NCBI GenBank assembly: GCA_002269645.1
Contig: NIVC01001548.1
Span: 271,976-322,413, forward strand
From: Macrostomum lignano
Taxonomy: Eukaryota
Length of the DNA: 50,438 nucleotides
Reading direction: 5' to 3'
Each line of letters begins with the position of its first letter. The stretch's first letter is position 1. Below are positions 42,131 through 50,438 of this stretch, one piece after another. Position numbers and translations under genes: made by a program. The notes beneath the pieces are model-generated. The model made no database searches. It was given only the letters and a program-made list of their open reading frames with translations, and was not told where the DNA came from.

Positions 42131-42420
42131 CCTCTTATACTCTCTCAGTCTCTCCTTCTCTTGTCTCCTTTCTTCTCTCTCCACTCTCCTCTCTCCTCCT
42201 TTATCTGTTATCTCTCATTTCTAATCACTCCTTACACCTCTTTCATCTCTAAAACCTTATCTCTTCTCTCTTCCCTTTACTCTCTTATCTCTCTTTTCAC
42301 CTCTTTCCTCTCTCCTGTCTCTTCTCTCCTCTCATCTGCAGCTCTCTGCTCTCTTATCTCTACTCTCTTCTCTCTCTTCTCTACTTTCTCCTCTCTACTT
42401 GCTCTTCTCTACTGTCTCTA
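42130..42420. repeat. CT-rich low-complexity tract
   Basis: Direct reading. Confidence 0.85.
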
Positions 42421-45400
42421 CTAATGTACGGTTGAGCAACATTACAATGAATTTAAGCATGGTAGGATAAGCCTTGAAGATGACCCCCATAGTGGATAGC
42501 CTACAACTTACAACTAGCACCAACCAAGAGAAAGTTGAGGTAGTTGCTAAACTCCTTGATGAGGACTGCTAGATTTGAGTTGCTATAAATGTATACACTA
42601 TAGAATTTTAGCTAGGTCAGTGAATGAGATCCTATATTAAATCCTAGTGTACCACAAGTCAGTCCTATAAAGGTAGGTGCCTAGAATGCTTTCATAGGAC
42701 CATAAGCAGAACTGGCTCATTCTTATCTCTACAATGAGAACCTTGGTGGATTTGAGTGACAAATGATAATTGGAGATGAGTACTGAATTTACCACTATGA
42801 CTTCAAGTCTTAATGAGATTCCATAGAGTGTGGTACCCTGAAAAAGGGTAGAGATAGGACAAAATAAAATTTTTAACATTTTCAATCTTAAATATTTGAC
42901 AATTGATTCAAATACCGAATAATACCAAATATGAATATTTCAATGAATAATATCCCTTTAGCAGCACTTGACCAATAAGCTAGCATCTTTACTTCTTGTT
43001 CAATGAAATGTGCCCAAACCAAATGCAAACCCTAACCTTCCAAGTTTATGGGAATCAGTATTTTCCAGCTTTTTCATATTTTATAAACTTAGTTCTAAAA
43101 TACTCTACCACAAAAGTTTCAAGTCTAAGTACTAAGACTGCTTAATCATCCCTGCCTTCTCTCAAGATGTGCCACATGTTGTCCTATTCTCAATTCCCTC
43201 CCCACATGTATGAGTCACAAGCTGCCCACAACCTGTAACACTCTTGGCTATCTAGTATATACTGGTATATTTTATAAATTTACACTTAAAATTAAATAGA
43301 CTTAAATTTAGACTTACTTAGCCCTTAGGCACTTAAATATATATTTATTTAAAAATATGTAGTCTTTAATTAAAAGATTTCCGTTTATGAGTGTAAGTAA
43401 TAAGTAAAAATCATTATTAAGAATACAAGCCTATATAAGCTTATTGCTAAGCCTATAATGCTTTTTGTTAAAGAATCAGCAAATTTTCCAATGCTATTAG
43501 GCCTAATGTTAGATTTGACAAAAGTGTAAACAATCTAGACAGTTAGGCCCTACTGTATCAGGCTGAACTCTGACATTATAATAATAATAAACAACAACTG
43601 CTCGTAAATATTTAAACTCGATTGCTGCGTCGAAAAAGTATGGAATATCCTACGATTCATGAGTAATACATACTCGTGTTATTCATATGATTCATGGTTG
43701 ACAACTTGACATAAGATGAGTACGAAATGCGTACGTATTAAGTACTCGTACGTACGCGCATCGAGAGGTCGAACCAGAAATGGTCGAGAGTACACACCTC
43801 ATCCTCAGCCCACGCCTCCGCGTTACTAAAACAATCAAAAACATATTTTAAAGCATATGTTTATTTTTTTTTTAAACTTTGACGGTAACATAAAAAACTA
43901 TGTATGCAACGCAAAAATACGAATCGCAAAACTTTGTTGTTGTGATTGAACGCGATAATACTTGGCAGGTCCGGGATTTTAAGTTCAATACTATACTGCT
44001 CTAAAATAATAGGATAATTGAGTAATGAAGCGGCTTGCGAGTGGAAGCTTGAGAAGCAGCAAGCGAGCAAAAGATCTTGGGTATATTTGTTTAAGCATAG
44101 TCTTTATACTTGAGAGAATAATAGGGAGGTGTGACTCAGAGCGAACTGGCTGGCTGGGCAAAACTCCCCAGCAGCCAGGCGTACAGGGGCCTGTGCACAG
44201 GCGGGCCCCGCTCTCGACCGTGCACCAGTCTGGCCACCACAGTAAGTAAAATTGAATGTCTTGAAATGGATTCGGCTGTCTTAAATAATTATCCGCCCTT
44301 GGTCGGGGGCTTTTAATTTAGGCCTCAGAGTGCAGAAATTAACCCCTTAGCAATCAGCTGGCTCCCATTTTTGTCAGTTGATTAAGCCCCAAGATAGCTC
44401 GAAAAGATGTGGCAAGCTGCAGCTAGCTGAGACAAACACAGTGAGAGACAATTGCAGGGATTATAGTTCTAAAGGTAGATGCATTACGTACGAAAATGAT
44501 TAGATTAAGCTAACCCACCGCCGCTAAAACAACTGGATTTATTTAGCTGGCAAATACGGACTCACTTACATGTAACATGTACATTAGGAGGTGATGTGCC
44601 TATGTGTCTGCAAACTATACTATAGCTGTCAATCTCGAAGTCATAGCTAATAAAAGAGGACACTTCTAGGATTGGATTGCGGTTCACATAAATGATGTAG
44701 ACCATTGCAGGCCAACAGTTACGATTTCTGCAGGGAGTTTTTACGCTGGCGAGCCCGATCTTATATTATGACATTATTGTGCTTCAGAAATTAAAGTAGA
44801 TGTACATGTACTGCAGCATGTACGAAGACGCACGCGCAAGTACATGTAGCTAAACATAATTATTAAGCTTTAATTGCGACTGAAACAATAGGAAAAGGAG
44901 TGGTCATGACTCAAGCAAACACTATACGCTCGTATATCGCTAGTGCGTGCATGCCGAACCATTCAATGCTTTGACAATGCATATGAAATCACCTCGCAGC
45001 CAACGTTGGACGACTGCGCAAAATTGCCTGCATGTCAATATACGAGGTTATTTGACTGAGTAACAATTGTCTGTATTTCTAATCCGACTCATTGTACCAC
45101 AGCCAAAGCCTGCACCAGTGCACTACTACTTTAAGACTGTTTTCCCGGGTGCACTTGTGGGAGCAACCTCAAAGACGACTAATCCAGGGCTTAGGGGATA
45201 GGGTTGGTTAGGCCGGTTAGAGTTAGGGAATGAAATTCACTCACGAATGCCCTTTAGCTATAGTATGAAAAAATTTAAATTCTATTTCGCGTATCGTTAT
45301 TTTTTCTGGTTTTATAGTATCATCTCAACTGTGTACATTTATGTATAGTTAATGTAGTAATACTACAATTTTTTATCGCATAGTGCGTCTAATATTTGGT

Positions 45401-46415
45401 GAAAATTAAACTAAATCATCTATATTATCTTGCAACGCATGTTACTCGTGTGTTAATGACTAGTATTACTCGTAAATTAATAAGTTTTTGGAGGCTTCGT
45501 ACAATAAGCTTCGAAAGCCTATTTTAAATGTTGAATTGGCAAGTATACTTAGTAAGAGACTGAGTATGAGTCGATCGAGAGTTTTCTAGTTGAGAGAGTA
45601 AGGCGCCTAGAGAGTTTTAGTGGCCAATGTCGCACCAACGTGTACCAATTGTGACTTAGGGATTAGCTATTGACTTTGCATGTAGCTCGTAATGCCTGCA
45701 GTTTCGAATCAATGAGCATTTTACCTCACCGACCAACCCTTCACTGGTTCCAAGTCCGATTCAATAGTCCATTTTACCCCCTCCGCATAGCCACTCGCCT
45801 ACCGCCTTGGCTCTATAGCATATTTCATATTTCAATACTCCGCCTTACCAACGCATGTGACTGATGGTGGCTGGCAAGCGCCACATGAATTTGGGGATCG
45901 ATAAGTGCAAGGGGTGGTTGGTGCTCTGCAAGCAGCTGCAATGGCGCCCCTATTTCTCAGACATTTTCTTATTGCTGATCTGAAAGGCATGGCTACCGGG
46001 GGTTTTTGCATCATAGAAAAGTGAATCGAACTTCTTAATGGTCACAAAAAAGTGCCGGGGGGAGTATTGAGTAGCAACTGCAACTCGCTCAGTATTGGAA
46101 TGACCGGAATGGGTATGTAGTCGATTGACGATTGTAGGAGATCCCATGAGACTCCCTATTGGGAGGGGGGTTAGGAATTGAGTATTTGGTACTAAAGAAA
46201 AAGATAGTAGCGATGAATCCAGAATGCTGCCCACGGGATTGGCATAGCTACTCTATTGTAGACAGCAGCAGGTGGTTTTTCTTTTCCTTGGGATTAAAAG
46301 ACAAGTCAGAAGAAAAGACCCATACTCCCTTCCAATTTTCAATATTCTAGCTCATACTCTGCTCATCATACAGTGCTATTGCTAATAGACAGAAGTTGTA
46401 TTGAATTAGATAAAA

Positions 46416-49400
46416 ATGACAAGGAGACTGCTTGTCACTGCTGCAGTGCTTGCTGTTTTGCTAAACCTGTGCTCCGCTGGTGTGCCTCCCATTGGACCGC
46501 TTCAAAAAGCTGTAAGTGCCTCTTCCACTACTGCTGCGAAAGGCAAAATGTCCGGCAGCACGGGAAAAAAGGCTACCGGCTCATCCGGCGGGTCAGACCC
46601 TAGCAAGTACCAGGGGGCTTTCGACACGATAGGCTCTGCCATCAGCAGTTCGAATGATCGAACAAAGCAACTGCTCGGCGGGCTCATGGACGCAGTGAAG
46701 AATGACCCTGGCCAACTCATCACGAGGAATATGCTTGACAAGCTGGCGCAGCAGAATTCTTTTCTGCCTCAGAAAGCGGGAACCCGTTCCGTCAGTTTGC
46801 AGTCCGAACAAGGATTCAATGGATTCTCGAACTATCAGCCATCCGGATGGGTCATGACCGAGACTATGAGCGGACCTGCTGAAAAAATGCCACAAACAAC
46901 GGACGAAAGTGTTCCTGTCTACACCTATCCGCAAGGACTTGGTCCTGTGTTAATCAACGGTTGCACAGCAAATAGCTACTCTGAAACCAGCCCCTGCTTT
47001 TCCAGCAAACACCTCGGCAGAGGTAAGGGAATCTGTCCAAATCTCATGGACGCAGCTGCCTACGTGGGTGTGGGATTCGACGGCCGAGGCTATTACAAAA
47101 TCGAGAGCCGGAGAGCCAGTTTGGTACAGCGAGCGTGCTTCAATATGGCCAGCTTCTTAGGCAAGGATGTTCCCGACACGATGAACGTGTTCGGAATCTT
47201 CGAGACCACAGCTGAAACAAGGTCTTTTCAGTCAGCCGATGAGTATCTTCGCTTCATCAGAGAGAAGGCTGGTTTATCTGAACAAAGGAATCTTTTCCTA
47301 AGTGAGGCTACTAAACATTCCAAGTCTAGCGGGTTCGGCATGAACCTCGGTGCGATCGGATCCATTGCTGGGGGTGCGATTGGGGCTGCCGTCGGAGGTC
47401 CTGCGGGTGCCCAGGTGGGAGCTTCTCTCGGAAGCGCTGTTGGAGGAGGCATCGAGGGAGGAACGGCGAGCGGCTCCGGAAGTTCCTCATCCACAAACAA
47501 AGGTACGTCTAGATCTAGTGTGACTCAAACCGATAAGTCAAATGGTCAACAGAGTGCTTCTAACAACTTCTTTGCCATTATGTACGTCAATATCATCCTG
47601 TTCGAGATCACACTAGACGAGGTGAAGCCCAAAGACATAAACCTTGCAGCCTTGAAAGACTACATGAGCCTGCCAGAGTCTTACTTTTCAATCGGAGCTG
47701 ATGTGAGTTACCAGAATTTCCTGCTTCGTTGGGGAACGCACTTCATTCGATCTGGAAAATTCGGTGGGCAATTAAAGATTACAAAGACCGCTAAGACAGA
47801 CAAGCTCAAGTCGGCCCAGGAGTTTGCTAGCATCGCAGAGACCGAGTTTCAGTCGATGTTCTCAACGCTGCAGTCGAAATATTCTCAAGAGAGCAGCAGC
47901 TGGAATGTTTTAGGATTTGGTGGAGAAAAGAATTCTGCGTCGCAGAATTCGAATGGAAAATCTACGTCTCAGTACAGGAGCACTTTGGATCAACGGAGAA
48001 AGCTATCCCAAAGCTTCCGTCAATCAGAGTTTACGCATACCACCGTTGAGGCTCAAGGAGGAACGCCTGAGATCGCCGAAGCTCTTGTGGACTTCTACAC
48101 TCCCGCATTTAGACAACTGTACAACAGGTGGATCGACTCCATCAAGGACTACGTGAAACCGTTCGAGTTCCAGTTGAAGTCTATCGACCAACTATTTAAC
48201 ATGAACATGGATGACCTGTTTCCATCCGGAAATCTTGACTTTGGGTGCATGGGAGGAGCTGGCGGTAAAGTAAAATTTCTAGTGGAACCTGGAACAAAGC
48301 GTCGCTATTATTTAGACGTGGAAACGTCATTTGAAAACAATAAAACAACTACCACTATGGTAAAAACATACTGCAAGTACAATAGTCTTAAAGAGTTCAA
48401 AATTTATTTGGTTAGGCGTAGAATTTCATTAGAGAAGGCAGTGGCGGTGTACATGGCGGAGGGACCATTTCCTACTTCATCATTTGAATTGAATGCTGGA
48501 CAACCTGGATGCGACCAAGAGACTCTGGCTGAGCTGAACCTTTTCAGTAAGGGGACTAGACCTTTGAAATTCGCCGAATTAAGCAAGGCTCCCTTTTTAA
48601 TAGCCTTTGATTTGCCAGCGGATATTCCTAACATGCTCAAATCGAGTGCCAAGTATGTCATGCTTCATCGAGCCGACCGATGGTTTGCCACGGAGCCAGG
48701 ACAAATGCACATACATCTGTATGATGGCTGTCAGCTGGTGGGTTACAAGCCTGCGGAGACGAAGATCTGCTTTAAGAACATCATTCTCACCTACGAGGAA
48801 TCTTCAGGCTTCTTTCATATCGATCCTAAAGACTTTGCTGCATCGAAGCGTCGCAACCCGATCCTTCCAGACTGGCTCCGAGGCTCAACTGTAGCGAGGG
48901 CTTCAAAGATAGACTTATCAAACGGCACCTTTGCGAACTCAGCTTCCGTGCCATGCAATGTGAAGTGGATGAATTCGCACAGACTCGATCCAGGAAAAGA
49001 TGAAAACTGCATTCACTTCACGGCAGCGAGTTCAGGTGACATTTTCGTTAACTTTGCATCCATTCCCAAAGATCACACTACTTGGTACTACCTGCAGATC
49101 AACATGGATGGCGTCGCATTCTATAAGGCGATGCATCTGCAGAAACGAGACTACAAGAAGGGAATGGGAACGCTTGGAGACAGGAACCTCTATCAGTCCT
49201 ATTTTGTGTGCGTGAACCAGGCCGATGGCGAGGTGCTGATGCAGTTCGGCAAGGCTGATTCAAACAGCGACGTCGGCACCGTCTACTCTGGTTACAAATT
49301 CGCTCAGGACAGTCAGTACAGCCGATTGACTTTTTACTCATTCGGCTCCGGCTCCAAGTCCGTGTCATTGATGGACATCCGACTCACGAGACAGATGCCT

Positions 49401-50438
49401 AAAGTGGAATGCCTAAATAACGACTACATTTTGAAGAACGGTCATTGCGTTCTCAACTGCCATAAAGAGTGCATCGACTGCAATCTGGCTAAAGACGACA
49501 AGTCTTGCTTTAAGTGCCGAAATGTGCGGATTGAAATAGCAGGCACTGGAAGTAAACTGAGTAACAAAGTAATTCAGTGCTTGCCAGAGTGTCCGAAAGG
49601 CTACGAGCTGAGTAACAAGGATAAGAAGCTGTGCCAACCTTGCAGTCCTGGTAAATTCAAGGATTCAGTTGGTAATCAAAAGTGCAACACCTGTTTTCCC
49701 GGAAGCTTTAGCGCGTCGGGTGCTTCAAATTGCAGCATATGCAGTCCAGGAACATTCAGCGCAAAGCCGGGATCCGCAGAGTGTGAGAAGTGTCCCGCAG
49801 GATCCGCGGCCAAGTCAAAGGGATCAAGAACGTGCAGTAAATGCAGTGCAGGAACATTTTCTAAAATTGGACAGGTGGAATGCACGCCATGTCCAGTTGG
49901 TCATTTTATTGGAAAAACAGGTCAATCCAAGTGTCAGTTGTGCCAGGCAGGCTTTTATGCTGCAAAGCAGGGCATGCAAGCGTGCACAAAGTGTCCTGCC
50001 GGAACATCGAGCACCGAGGGTTCAGTAAGTTGCGATAACAACTGCAAGAGAGGCGAGTTCAGTCCGAAAAAGGGAGTCGCATGCAAGAAGTGTCAGGCAG
50101 GAACATTCACTCCAAGCTCAGGATCGAGCAGCTGCACACTTTGCCCGACAGGCTCCTTCCAGGCGCAGGAGGGTCAGGGGTCGTGCAGAACGGCCCCAGC
50201 AGGATCGTACGCTGCAGGTCCGGGTGCCAAACGCAGCACACCATGTCCAGCGGGGACCTATAACCCCAAGACAGGAAAGTCCAGCTCATCAAGTTTGTGC
50301 CATGCTCTGCAGGAAGCTATTCAAAGTCGGCTGGCTCTACTGTCTGCACCCGTTGTCCCAAAGGCAGTTACCAACCGCTGAAGAACCAGAAGGAGTGTAA
50401 GAGCGCCAGTCCTGGACGGTTTGTCGAATTAGAAGGTC
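46416..50438 (+). CDS. Secreted MACPF-domain protein with glycine-zipper insertion, furin-like Cys region and >=16 GCC2/GCC3-like (ephrin-receptor-like) Cys repeats; runs off the window
   Basis: Signal peptide MTRRLLVTAAVLAVLLNLCSA. VGVGFDGRG motif and MACPF signature WGTHFIRSGKFGG (W-G-T-H-F-X6-GG, 47730-47768). C..C.PG.F repeats from ~49636. The repeat frame continues after a 1-bp shift at ~50295. Confidence 0.9.

Noticed and set aside
43772-43830. ATGAG|GTGTGT at ~43.8 kb as the calpain first exon
   Set aside because: The ATG gives a phase-2 donor that does not match the phase-0 acceptor at 41710; it would need an unseen intermediate exon.
45185-45232. Second telomere-like tract (TTAGGGGATAGGGTTGGTTAGG...GTTAGGG)
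   Set aside because: Too short and degenerate to separate from chance or a repeat fragment.
42420-46400. Short ORFs and possible transposon ends upstream of the MACPF gene
   Set aside because: No domain similarity, and no terminal inverted repeats or TSD that I could pair up.

Overview
Metazoan genomic DNA. (TTAGGG)n, GC-rich exons and minisatellite-filled introns are reminiscent of the flatworm Macrostomum, but this is inference only. Bases 1-~9.8 kb are a 23-bp tandem satellite, followed by a degenerate triplicated junction carrying a (TTAGGG)8 tract. Next is a full-length non-LTR retrotransposon (10935-16837; ORF1, plus ORF2 with APE-RT-RNase H-CCHC, LOA-like) flanked by an identical 127-bp target-site duplication. 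From 18 to 42 kb lie five spliced minus-strand genes rebuilt by hand from GT-AG sites and phase: GUF1/LepA (5' half only), HMG-CoA lyase, archaemetzincin, a divergent class-A-like GPCR with a long mucin-like N-terminus, and calpain-15/SOL. Almost every long intron holds its own minisatellite. From 46416 to the window end is an intronless plus-strand gene for a secreted MACPF protein with a glycine-zipper insertion and at least 16 Cys-rich repeats. Best leads are the 127-bp TSD, the MACPF/glycine-zipper protein, possible SL trans-splicing/operon organisation, and a GUF1 intron of at least 18 kb containing a LINE, telomeric repeats and the satellite. Two, possibly three, single-base frameshifts suggest indel errors in the assembly.
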